Source of the DNA: a virus
Taxonomy: Duplodnaviria; Caudoviricetes
Direction: 5' to 3' (one strand)
Virus record (IMG/VR): IMGVR_UViG_3300016472_000368
Coordinates: 1-49,071 of that record
Length of the DNA stretch: 49,071 bases
Both the position numbers and the translations under genes were made by a program. Under the pieces are notes generated by a model. The model did no database searches. It was not told the origin of the DNA and saw nothing but the letters and a program-made list of their open reading frames with translations. Of this stretch, positions 16,768-25,642 are shown piece by piece. The stretch's first letter is position 1. Each line of letters begins with the position of its first letter.

Positions 16768-18234
16768 TCAGGCATTTATTAAATCATTTGCCAATTCATT
16801 TTGGCGAATAGATCGGTAAATTAAAGCATCCATTGTGCCCATTCTATTGTTTTCATCCTTATGGCAAACCACACAATTCTCATTAATCGTCTTGCCGCCG
16901 TCCGAATGTGCTACAATATGACTGCCAGCTGCATCTTTAATATCCAAAGGACTACCAGTTACCCAGCACTTGTAATCTTGAGTACGCAATACCTGCTCAA
17001 TAACATCGGCAGAAAATAAACGAACTGGATCCAAAAAAACAATACCACAATTTTGAATATCCATTTCCTCAAGCAACCATTTTACCGATTGTTCACAACG
17101 TGTTTCATCATCATGCACAGTTATATATTGTCTGAAACATTCGTGGACGGATCTAACGCCCTTATCATCTGTATGACTATCACATCGATAATTTGGATCA
17201 TCCTTCTGTAAGAACCGATTCGAGGAGTTACGAATAGAAAGGTACAGTTTACTCCAATCTTTTACTTTAAAACCTTTTCGACTAAAAGTACGAACTAAAT
17301 AAATATAGAAACGAGAAATAATCGTAAACTCTTGTGTATTGAGCATTTTCTTTGAAAAGAGTTTTTTGGCTTTCACATAAGCCAAAATAAAGTCAAGTGC
17401 TTCTATTACAAGCTTTTGATGTCGTTTTGCTTCAGTAGGATCATTAGCCCAAACTCCTTTTTCTGTATTACCAAGTCGGATAAAACATGCTTCAGTTTCT
17501 TTATTCGAACATGTCATCCAATTTTTTTCTTTAGCCGGCTTCACCAACACAGTAAGCAAGCGTGTAACAAATTCATCATCACGCAATCGAGTAGAAGGAG
17601 ATGAAAACCAATATTGCTTTCGATTTTCAGGAGACAAGTCACGATATTCAAATAATTCGTGATACTTATTATTCATATCACGAATTGGCCTGGAAATTTC
17701 ACGAACAAATTTTGCAACCAAATTATCTTCATATGAATTGAGCATTTCTTGCCAATTTACACTAGTTGTGGTATTTGTCCGGCGAAAAAGTTCACCAGCT
17801 TGTTCATCAGTCATCGATTTGTCGTAAATGGTAAATCGAATTTTATAACTAAGGAAAAATTCTTTCGCTTCAATCGGCAAGTCTTTGTAATAAAGATTAC
17901 CAACCTTAAAAACTTTTTCTCCAATTTGGCAGAAAGTGTTCTTAGCTGTTTTGAACTTTCCTTCCATAAAATCACGAATCGCTCGTTTGCGATGGCCGCC
18001 GTCAACTGAACGACGGGGGTATTGACCAATAACAACTTCTCGCAATTTCAATTCACCAATATCAAAACCGCGGATTATCGTATCAATAATACCTTGTCGT
18101 TTTGGCATTGATTCAATATCAGGCCTTTGGCCTACAGGATCACAATCGATTCGTACACCTGATGTTGGACTCAGCATATGATAAAATGTTCCAATATTTA
18201 CTTCTTCAATATACCAACTTATATGTGCAGCCAT
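16768..18234 (-). CDS. DUF262 (GmrS/ParB-like) plus C-terminal HNH nuclease, GmrSD-like
   Basis: QR, IIDTIIRG, VDGGHR, LFRRTN DUF262 motifs; C-terminal HIVAHSDGGKT...NCVVCHKDEN HNH. Confidence 0.75.
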   Translation of the reverse strand: MAAHISWYIEEVNIGTFYHMLSPTSGVRIDCDPVGQRPDIESMPKRQGIIDTIIRGFDIGELKLREVVIGQYPRRSVDGGHRKRAIRDFMEGKFKTAKNTFCQIGEKVFKVGNLYYKDLPIEAKEFFLSYKIRFTIYDKSMTDEQAGELFRRTNTTTSVNWQEMLNSYEDNLVAKFVREISRPIRDMNNKYHELFEYRDLSPENRKQYWFSSPSTRLRDDEFVTRLLTVLVKPAKEKNWMTCSNKETEACFIRLGNTEKGVWANDPTEAKRHQKLVIEALDFILAYVKAKKLFSKKMLNTQEFTIISRFYIYLVRTFSRKGFKVKDWSKLYLSIRNSSNRFLQKDDPNYRCDSHTDDKGVRSVHECFRQYITVHDDETRCEQSVKWLLEEMDIQNCGIVFLDPVRLFSADVIEQVLRTQDYKCWVTGSPLDIKDAAGSHIVAHSDGGKTINENCVVCHKDENNRMGTMDALIYRSIRQNELANDLINA

Positions 18235-18271
18235 AAAATTTTCCTGAAATCTAGGACAAAACTTGAATCAA

Positions 18272-19468
18272 TTAAAACGGAATTTCTTCATCAACTCCAG
18301 TTGGTTTAGCCGGAGTTTCTGGCGTCAAAATCTGTTCAGCAGTGGCACCAGCATCAACTTTGGTGTACAGGTCAAGAAACGAAGCCTTAGTGTCCTCATC
18401 AAAGCGATTTAAGCACATACGAATGGCTTTCACTTTATCGCCGAAGATACCAAAGGTTTCAACAATGTGTACCAAACGGCGAGTAGAAATCACTTCATCA
18501 CAACCACCGTCCGTGAATGTCTTTCGTATGACATCCGCCCATGTAACCAACTTATCTGCAAAATCATCATCAGAGCAACCAACTGAATCAAGTTCTTTAC
18601 GAACAATCTTTTTTTCCACAACAATCGGAGGCCATTCTTGTTCAAACGTATTACGAAAACGCTCAAGAAATGCTTCATTCAGCACATTTGTAAACATGTA
18701 ACGACCGTCATCCGACCCTTTACCTTTGGTATTTGCAGTTGCGAATATCGTAAAACCGGGCGCTGGCACAATCAACTCACCCTTTTTCTTCAACATAAAA
18801 GGTTTGCCTTCAAGTACACGCTGAAGGCTCGAAAGGTTCTGAGCACCATAGTCAATTTCATCGATACAAAGGACAGCACCTTGACGAGCAGCAGTGGTCA
18901 CGGGACCATCACGCCATTCCATGTTACCATGAATAAGTACATAATTACCAAGCAAATCACTTTCATCAGTTTCAGGCGTCATCGAAACGCAAATGAATTT
19001 ACGTTTGGCTTTGGCACAAGCCTGTTCGACAGACATGGTCTTGCCGTTACCAGAATGTCCTGAAATAAACACAGGAAAAAATCGATTACTTTGCACAATA
19101 GACAAAACATCATCGAAGTTACCAAATGGCACATAATTTTTGTATATCTTAGGAACTAGATCAGTTTCTTCCAAATCAGTCAAAACATTTTGAATACGAT
19201 TTTCTGATTTTTCCATAGGTTTTGTTAATGGTAAAATTTGCGCTGCCATATTTACAGTGGAAGTGGGTGCGGTGGTTGAAATTTCAATGTTGGGCACTTT
19301 ATACAAGCCGTGACCGATTCGATTGTTTTCATCTTTTGTAAACCAAGAAGCACCAGAAATACCAATTTCAGCACAAATTCGCTTAATTTCAGTTTTAGTA
19401 ACCGTAGGTTTGCCAAGGGCAGTCAAAGAATTTATAAATGATTGACGATTAGAGGCACGAGAAGACAT
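18272..19468 (-). CDS. MoxR/CobS-like AAA+ ATPase
   Basis: GHSGNGKT, DEID, TANTKGKG, LNEAFLERF, ISTRRL. Confidence 0.9.
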   Translation of the reverse strand: MSSRASNRQSFINSLTALGKPTVTKTEIKRICAEIGISGASWFTKDENNRIGHGLYKVPNIEISTTAPTSTVNMAAQILPLTKPMEKSENRIQNVLTDLEETDLVPKIYKNYVPFGNFDDVLSIVQSNRFFPVFISGHSGNGKTMSVEQACAKAKRKFICVSMTPETDESDLLGNYVLIHGNMEWRDGPVTTAARQGAVLCIDEIDYGAQNLSSLQRVLEGKPFMLKKKGELIVPAPGFTIFATANTKGKGSDDGRYMFTNVLNEAFLERFRNTFEQEWPPIVVEKKIVRKELDSVGCSDDDFADKLVTWADVIRKTFTDGGCDEVISTRRLVHIVETFGIFGDKVKAIRMCLNRFDEDTKASFLDLYTKVDAGATAEQILTPETPAKPTGVDEEIPF

Positions 19469-19499
19469 AACAAAATATCCTTATTGACGATGTAAACCA

Positions 19500-19528
19500 A
19501 TTATACACGATGAACAAAACTTTGTCAA
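19500..19528 (-). promoter_or_regulatory. Consensus sigma70 promoter TTGACA-17-TATAAT
   Basis: Perfect match upstream of the CobS-like gene. Confidence 0.85.
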
Positions 19529-19532
19529 CTCT

Positions 19533-19550
19533 TGTTGTAAACATACAACA
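19533..19550. repeat. Palindrome TGTTG-N8-CAACA, copy 1
   Basis: TGTTGTAAACATACAACA 4 bp upstream of the -35 box; second copy at 21974. Confidence 0.6.
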
Positions 19551-21881
19551 TTATGTTGCAATGCCCTGAATAAAACGAGAAACCAAAATTCGATTAATAG
19601 CCTTTTTTCTATTCATTTTCAAAAATGAAGCTTTCAACTTCGAAGAAGTCACTTTACCTTCAATTACCATTTCATCAGCTTCAGTGACCAGTTCTTCACC
19701 GCCAGCAACGATATAAAACTCATCATAACCTTTTAATTTGCTAACTAAGAATTTTTCAGTTTTAAATTTTTTCACCAATAAATTTAATTCTTCTTTGATT
19801 TGTTCTATTTGTTTTGAATTTCTTCCATTAGTTTTATAAATTTTTTCCATTTTAGTTTCAAAACATTCGCCATTTTCAAAAACATAACGGTGTTGAATCG
19901 AAAATTTAGCATTACCACGATGGCCGTTTGTCAAAAAGAAACCAAACACTTTAGATTTAGTAAGTTGTTTAAAATATTTAATCGCAAATAACAACATTGG
20001 GTCGAAAGGTGCATTAGCATCACGAAAAGATTCCAATTTATATTCGAACTTATTTTGACGATCTTGTACAATAACATTGTGTAAGTCGGTCGAAAATGGA
20101 TTTCTCGTCATAAATTTTTGTCCAGTAAACTCATTCACCTGCCATTGGTTAAAATAAGAAGTCCGATCGGAGTCTCCGTCATGTACAATCACCAAACTTG
20201 AAAGTTCTAAATTATGTTTTTGACGAAATTCTTTCATCAATGATGCACAAGCAACAATAGCTTCGGTTAATGGTGTATTAGATAAATCTTCTGATTTTGG
20301 GCGTGATATGAATTTTTTTTCATATGAATTTTTCAAAAGCAACAAAACTTTAATGGCTGTTGTAAACTCAACATTATTCATTTTTGAGTTAATGTACTCG
20401 CGCAAATAAACGTCGCCAAAGAAAAGGTCTTTTTCATTTTGAGAAAAAACATTGTTGTGTTGTTCATTTGGAAAATCCGAAGAACGAGCAGAATGTGAAT
20501 TGCCAAACCCATATACAACAAAAGGAATACTTACTTTTCGGCAAAACATAGTAAGGATTAAAATTTGTTCAATTGAGCCCGGCATGTTTTGGCCCATAGA
20601 ACCGGATTTATCCAACAACAACATGAGGCCATGGTTTTTGCCCTTTGGCGTCAATAACACTTTACGAAAAATATTTTCATCAAAACGATAAGTTGGAATT
20701 TTAGTAATGTCAATATCTCCAGTATCCGACAATTTTGATTTACTAAAAGTCTTGGCAGCTTTACGCATTTCAAATTCTTTTGCAAGCAAACCAATATATC
20801 GTTCGTTTCTGGTTTTAAACTCAGAAAATAATTTTTGAGTTTTAACCTTCGAATCGTTACAATCTAAAGATATATTATCATAATGATCAATAATTTGTTC
20901 AATAACGCGATTAGCTGGCGTTATGCTGTTTTTTGCATTAAAGCTTGGTACATTTACATAGTAGTATGTTTTGCTTTTATCATCGAGCAAAAGGTCTTCA
21001 TTTTTACGAAAGTTTTCATCAGTGACACATTCGGGTTCAAATTGACTTCCGTCAGATTTCTCCGAATCCTTGAAACGGTTTAATTGTGAGCCTTTAGTTT
21101 CACCCCTTTCACCACCATCACCAAAACCATTGCCTTCGCCTTCAGCTTCTAATTCATCGCCTTCGTTTTCATCACCGGCTTTAGATTTGGTGCCGTTTTG
21201 GCTTTGTTCATTTTCATCTTCATCTTGGTTAACTTCATCAAAGGCGGAATCTTCATCAAAACCATCTTCACCATAATTGTCTGGATCAAAATCAGTGTGT
21301 TGGATTTGAGGTTGCTCTTCCTTTGAGTATTCGAAAATTTCATTGGTCAAAGCTACAACATCATCCCAGCTTTCAGTTTTTTGAATTCTATCAACGAAAT
21401 CAAGTTCACGCTCACTGAATTCAAGAAACGAAGCAGTGTATTGTGATTTTGAGTAAATATTCAAACGGTCGATAAACGGCAATTTGTTTGGATCACGGTT
21501 ACGAATACCAAAAAAATCACGGTCGAAAAGCTCTTTATATGCTCTCTGAAAAGGCAAGCGAAGACCAGGATACCGGCGCTTTACTTTTTTCTCAATACGA
21601 GCATCTTCCACGACATTCAAAAAGTTTTTGTATGAAGCAGGCTTTGTTTTATCAACTACAGCATTGTGCCAACCTTCAGCAGGAGTATGAAGAGCATGAC
21701 CAACTTCATGGCCTGCCAGGAGATCATAGAGGTCGCCAGACATATCCTGCCAGATTGGGAGATACAGCACACGGTTTTTAGGATCAAACTTGGCTGTTGA
21801 AATTTTCTGGTGTTGAACCGTCAAATTCTCGGTCGCCATCAGTTTGGCAAGTTGCGATTTTTGTTCAACAGTAAATGACAT
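19551..21881 (-). CDS. CobT-like protein: HExxH metallopeptidase-like domain, acidic linker and vWA domain
   Basis: HEVGH, NVVEDARIE, D/E-rich linker, LLLDKSGSM MIDAS, TPL, HDGD. Confidence 0.88.
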   Translation of the reverse strand: MSFTVEQKSQLAKLMATENLTVQHQKISTAKFDPKNRVLYLPIWQDMSGDLYDLLAGHEVGHALHTPAEGWHNAVVDKTKPASYKNFLNVVEDARIEKKVKRRYPGLRLPFQRAYKELFDRDFFGIRNRDPNKLPFIDRLNIYSKSQYTASFLEFSERELDFVDRIQKTESWDDVVALTNEIFEYSKEEQPQIQHTDFDPDNYGEDGFDEDSAFDEVNQDEDENEQSQNGTKSKAGDENEGDELEAEGEGNGFGDGGERGETKGSQLNRFKDSEKSDGSQFEPECVTDENFRKNEDLLLDDKSKTYYYVNVPSFNAKNSITPANRVIEQIIDHYDNISLDCNDSKVKTQKLFSEFKTRNERYIGLLAKEFEMRKAAKTFSKSKLSDTGDIDITKIPTYRFDENIFRKVLLTPKGKNHGLMLLLDKSGSMGQNMPGSIEQILILTMFCRKVSIPFVVYGFGNSHSARSSDFPNEQHNNVFSQNEKDLFFGDVYLREYINSKMNNVEFTTAIKVLLLLKNSYEKKFISRPKSEDLSNTPLTEAIVACASLMKEFRQKHNLELSSLVIVHDGDSDRTSYFNQWQVNEFTGQKFMTRNPFSTDLHNVIVQDRQNKFEYKLESFRDANAPFDPMLLFAIKYFKQLTKSKVFGFFLTNGHRGNAKFSIQHRYVFENGECFETKMEKIYKTNGRNSKQIEQIKEELNLLVKKFKTEKFLVSKLKGYDEFYIVAGGEELVTEADEMVIEGKVTSSKLKASFLKMNRKKAINRILVSRFIQGIAT

Positions 21882-21909
21882 ATCAATATCCGTAACGATT
21901 TATGTTACC

Positions 21910-21938
21910 ATCTTACTCTAGCCGCAGTGATTTGTCAA
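21910..21938 (-). promoter_or_regulatory. Sigma70-type promoter TTGACA-17-TAAGAT
   Basis: Exact spacing upstream of the CobT-like gene. Confidence 0.75.
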
Positions 21939-21973
21939 GCGCTTCGTAAGTCATTGATTTCATTGAACTTTTT

Positions 21974-21991
21974 TGTTGCGTAAAAACAACA
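21974..21991. repeat. Palindrome TGTTG-N8-CAACA, copy 2
   Basis: TGTTGCGTAAAAACAACA upstream of the 21938 promoter. Confidence 0.6.
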
Positions 21992-21995
21992 GAAG

Positions 21996-22060
21996 TGGAG
22001 CGGTTTAGAGGAGTTAAACCTCTCTGCCTGCTGGGTGGCAGGCTGTCTCGGACTCACCGC
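21996..22060 (-). ncRNA. 65-nt tRNA-Gly-like RNA with minimal D-arm and encoded CCA
   Basis: GCGGTGA-GTCCGAGACA-GCCTGC-CACCCA-GCAGGC-AG-AGAGG-TTTAACT-CCTCT-AAACCGC-T-CCA: Gly-type acceptor end and U73, T-arm 5 bp + 7 nt, non-canonical anticodon loop and D-arm. Confidence 0.75.
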
Positions 22061-22077
22061 ATGTTTGGACTATACAC

Positions 22078-22085
22078 TATTTATC
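22078..22085 (-). promoter_or_regulatory. Late-promoter variant GATAAATA upstream of the tRNA-like RNA
   Basis: Overlaps the DUF4338 stop codon, 17 nt before G1; same variant precedes gp3 and gp13. Confidence 0.55.
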
Positions 22086-23358
22086 GACCTACTTGTTGAA
22101 GATACATAGACTTTGCTTCATTCCAGGACAAGATTGCCAGATTGTCATAGAAAAGAGTATCATGCGAAACACGGTCTTTCTTTACCAATTGCTTGATTCG
22201 AGGCTTCGCATGTTTATTCTTCCATATATTACTTAGGTCCTGAACCGATGTATCAAAGCACTTTTTCATATTCTTGCCGTCATGTTCGCCCCGGAGAAAC
22301 TCTACTGATTCAGCATACAAAGGGCACCAGTAAATACCACGAGCATGGTCTGATTTGATAAGTTCTTTTGGTACATTGAGTTTAGAATATGCAAAGGTCA
22401 ATGAACGATTCTTATGGTCACGTTTATGTGGTTGACCAGATGGTTTCTTTGCGATATACCATTCAAAGTATCTCCGTGTGTGATTTGTTTTAAGCCACTC
22501 ACGAATCATATACCTTGTTTCATTGGTAGGTTCATACGACACGGATCCTGAAGTGAATCCCATTTTCTGCCAGTAGTCTAGGTTGTCATACTGGGATAGA
22601 CCATCCGCCTTCGTTTTACCGTAGAGTGATGTGGTGGTTATGGAGACTAACTTATCACCATACAATTTCTCCCAGAGTTCTTGTATTGGATCCGAAAGGC
22701 AAAGTAGAGCAAGAAGTTTACCGCCAACATAATTAAACCCAAGTGGTTGTAAAGGTACAATTGTTGAACCGATGGCCGTGTGATTAATCATACCGCCTTG
22801 TGTTTTTAATTCTTTTGACCATCCAATATATCTGTCTCTTGGTGTGAGGTCAAGAAAATCTGATGAAACACAAATCACACCAAGGTATTTCTTAGTGATT
22901 CGGTCACGCACGATAAAATTAAGGTTACGACCAATGTTTGAATTGTTTTTCATGGTCGAAGAGAATGTGCGAATACAATTCCACAATTCAGGTAGACCCT
23001 TTTCTTTGTTGGTATAAAGAAGTTCTGGTTCTAATGCCTCATAGGCCTCTGGTGTTTCGGGTATCCAAAAGTTACGTTTGATTTCATCGATGGCTTGGCG
23101 TTGTTCTTCATCTTCTATAACAGATTTTTGGCCTTCCCACAAATCATTTACAATAATTGATGGATATTTTTCTTGTACCTCACACCATTTTTGATACAGC
23201 GTATACTCTTTGACATCCATTTTTGAAACATAGGTTAACTCTTCAATCACTCTAGTACGGAGTTTTTCTTCATCGATTTGTTGAAATGTTAGGCCAGAAT
23301 CGCGCCATTTTTGCCATTGTGTATCAACATCATCTTTAGGGTCAAGTGAATAAGACAT
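22081..23358 (-). CDS. DUF4338/DruA-like protein (Mom-like GNAT fold), copy 2
   Basis: IGRNLNFIVRD, YLGVI, RDRYIGW, PLGFNYVGGKLLA, WEKLYGD, TTTSLYG, SQYDNL, WxxMGFTSG, RGIY. Confidence 0.8.
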   Translation of the reverse strand: MSYSLDPKDDVDTQWQKWRDSGLTFQQIDEEKLRTRVIEELTYVSKMDVKEYTLYQKWCEVQEKYPSIIVNDLWEGQKSVIEDEEQRQAIDEIKRNFWIPETPEAYEALEPELLYTNKEKGLPELWNCIRTFSSTMKNNSNIGRNLNFIVRDRITKKYLGVICVSSDFLDLTPRDRYIGWSKELKTQGGMINHTAIGSTIVPLQPLGFNYVGGKLLALLCLSDPIQELWEKLYGDKLVSITTTSLYGKTKADGLSQYDNLDYWQKMGFTSGSVSYEPTNETRYMIREWLKTNHTRRYFEWYIAKKPSGQPHKRDHKNRSLTFAYSKLNVPKELIKSDHARGIYWCPLYAESVEFLRGEHDGKNMKKCFDTSVQDLSNIWKNKHAKPRIKQLVKKDRVSHDTLFYDNLAILSWNEAKSMYLQQVGR

Positions 23359-23933
23359 TATTTTTTCAATCGTTTAGTAATCGTTTTAATACGTTTTCTT
23401 TGTTTTTCACGAGCCATTTTCAAAGCCACAGGACCAACATGGTCAATTAATTTAATTCCATTCATGTGGTCGAGTTCATGTAAAAAACACCTCGCAGTTA
23501 AACCCTCAAGTTTTGTCTGTAGAACCTCACCTTTTTCGTTGGTAAATTCAACATCAACCCATGAAGGCCTTTCTATCTTACAAAACAAACCGGGAAAAGA
23601 GAGGCAACCTTCATCGCCTTTAATTATTTCTGCCGATTGGCCAAGAACCTTAGGGTTGATACAGACCAGTTCAAAGTTTTCATGCCCAATAATAAACATT
23701 CTGGTCATAATACCACACTGGTTTGCCGAAAGACCAATGCCTGAAAACTTTCTCATTGTCATTTTCATACGCTCAATGAGGTTGGTCATATTTTGATTTG
23801 GTAATTGGCCAGTATACTCAGGCATCTTTTGTTTCAACATCGAATAGTTTTCATCATACAATGGCAATGGTTCTAATGCTTTTGGTTTAACTAAAGACTG
23901 CTCTGTATTAATAACTAAAAATTCTTCACTCAT
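23358..23933 (-). CDS. def: Peptide deformylase
   Basis: GIGLSANQ, EGCLS, HELDH motifs. Confidence 0.96.
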   Translation of the reverse strand: MSEEFLVINTEQSLVKPKALEPLPLYDENYSMLKQKMPEYTGQLPNQNMTNLIERMKMTMRKFSGIGLSANQCGIMTRMFIIGHENFELVCINPKVLGQSAEIIKGDEGCLSFPGLFCKIERPSWVDVEFTNEKGEVLQTKLEGLTARCFLHELDHMNGIKLIDHVGPVALKMAREKQRKRIKTITKRLKK

Positions 23934-25642
23934 TTTATCACCTTAGAGAAATTCTTTTCCTTTACAAAACGAATAACATTAGCAAATTTATCTTGTAGCA
24001 CATCACCCTTGTGCGAGATAACAAACAAATTCACACCTTCTAATGTATGTAGTACCGTCATTAGATACTCGGTTCCATTGGCATCCAAACTTGAATCAAA
24101 CGTTTCATCAAGTATCAATAGATTAGTATTGGCTGAATTCTTTAACTTAGCAACAGCACGCCAAGTTAACATAAGAGCCATATCAATTTTTTGTTTTTCA
24201 CCCTCTGAAAAATTATTATATGAAAAATCATCGCGGTGCCGAGACTTAATTGTTTCTTTGAACGATTCATCAAGGTTAAAGTTCACAAAGAAATCCAAAA
24301 GAGCTAAATACTTATTGACCAGTTTGTTAATAATTGGAAGGTACTGTTTGACAATCTTTGTTTTAATGCCAGTATCTTTCAATAGCGTTGAGGCCACTTC
24401 TAAGTATGCTTTTTCTTGTATTAATTCTTTTAACGATTCTTGTAGTTGAGACAGAGAATCTTGTAGTTCTTTTAGGTTGTTGCCTTCTTTCTCTGTCCCT
24501 TCTTTGGTTACACTAAGTTCTTCAATCTTTTTACGAAGTTTGTTGATATACTTGTTCGTTTCATTGATTGAAGTGTTATTTGTAGCAATCTTTACAACGA
24601 AACTTTGAATCAAAGATTGTGATTCGCTGATTTCATTTAATCTATCCTGTTCTTCTTTGAGTTTTCTTTTTAATTGATTAAGAGCTTCTTTAGAATCTTT
24701 TGTCTTAGTGTCAAGTAAATCGATTTGTTCTTCTTTGAATTCTGAGGCTATCGATTGCCTACATGTTGGACAATCATCATGGTCTCTGAAAAAATTAATG
24801 TCTTTCTCATACTTAGAAATGTTGTTTTCAATTTGTGATTCAAGTTTTGTAATCTTTCTAATCTTGTTTTCACTGTCAATCTTATTTGCAACTTCACGGT
24901 TCAACTCTTCAGTTCTGGTCGTAAGCACTTGATTGTTGGCCAGTAGTTGTGCTATCGTTTCAACATTGCTTTGAATCTCTTCTTCATATCGCTTCACTTC
25001 ATCGTCATTTGATTTCTTGAGGTCATCGATATATTTCTTTTTCAACTCATATTCTTTGGTAACCAAATCAATTTGATGTTTAATAGATGAAGTGCTTTCT
25101 TTATTCGAAGATAGGCGTTCTTTGACCAATCCATTCATCGTCGAAAAGATTTGTATGTCAAGCAGGTCTTCAATAATTGTGCGGCGGTCAGAGGCTGAAA
25201 GCTGCATGAATGGCGTAAATGAAGCTGAACCAAGAATAACAATCTGTGTAAAAGATTTGTAATTAAGTTTTAGTATAAATTTTTCGAGGTGTTCTTGGTA
25301 GTCTCTTGATGCGGCTTCTTGATTAAGTAGAGTGCCGTTACAATATATTTCGAAGATATTCGGTTTGATACCACGAATGATTTTATAGGCTTTGTTGTTG
25401 GATTCAAACTCAACTTCAACCACACATTCTTTTTGATTGATACTGTTTAGAAGTTGTGGTTTGTTGATTGTACGAAAGGCTTTACCAAACAAACCAAAAC
25501 ACAAGGCATCCAGTAGTGTAGACTTACCAGATCCGTTCTCACCAACAATCAATGTATTGGTGTTTGTTGACAGATTGATTTCTGTAAAGTGGTTACCCGT
25601 TGAAAGTAGGTTCTTCCAACGGATTTTTTGAAACAATATCAT
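23930..25642 (-). CDS. 46: Rad50/SbcC-like recombination nuclease ATPase gp46
   Basis: GENGSGKS, CPTC zinc hook, FSEGE signature, ILDE, ISH. Confidence 0.97.
   Translation of the reverse strand: MILFQKIRWKNLLSTGNHFTEINLSTNTNTLIVGENGSGKSTLLDALCFGLFGKAFRTINKPQLLNSINQKECVVEVEFESNNKAYKIIRGIKPNIFEIYCNGTLLNQEAASRDYQEHLEKFILKLNYKSFTQIVILGSASFTPFMQLSASDRRTIIEDLLDIQIFSTMNGLVKERLSSNKESTSSIKHQIDLVTKEYELKKKYIDDLKKSNDDEVKRYEEEIQSNVETIAQLLANNQVLTTRTEELNREVANKIDSENKIRKITKLESQIENNISKYEKDINFFRDHDDCPTCRQSIASEFKEEQIDLLDTKTKDSKEALNQLKRKLKEEQDRLNEISESQSLIQSFVVKIATNNTSINETNKYINKLRKKIEELSVTKEGTEKEGNNLKELQDSLSQLQESLKELIQEKAYLEVASTLLKDTGIKTKIVKQYLPIINKLVNKYLALLDFFVNFNLDESFKETIKSRHRDDFSYNNFSEGEKQKIDMALMLTWRAVAKLKNSANTNLLILDETFDSSLDANGTEYLMTVLHTLEGVNLFVISHKGDVLQDKFANVIRFVKEKNFSKVIK

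Noticed and set aside
21070-21276. Ser/Pro-rich plus-strand ORF and apparent short repeats (also 27975-28005)
   Set aside because: Antisense of acidic low-complexity linkers (Glu/Gly/Asp codons); not a repeat array or CRISPR
21996-22060. Calling the element a canonical decoding tRNA (Gly-CCC/ACC or Trp-CCA)
   Set aside because: No proper D-arm, no 7-nt anticodon loop with U33, no TTC; recorded as a tRNA-like ncRNA instead. A decayed pseudo-tRNA cannot be fully excluded
2704-23358. A complete Druantia defence system
   Set aside because: No DruE-like large helicase or other dru genes; only isolated DUF4338-like genes
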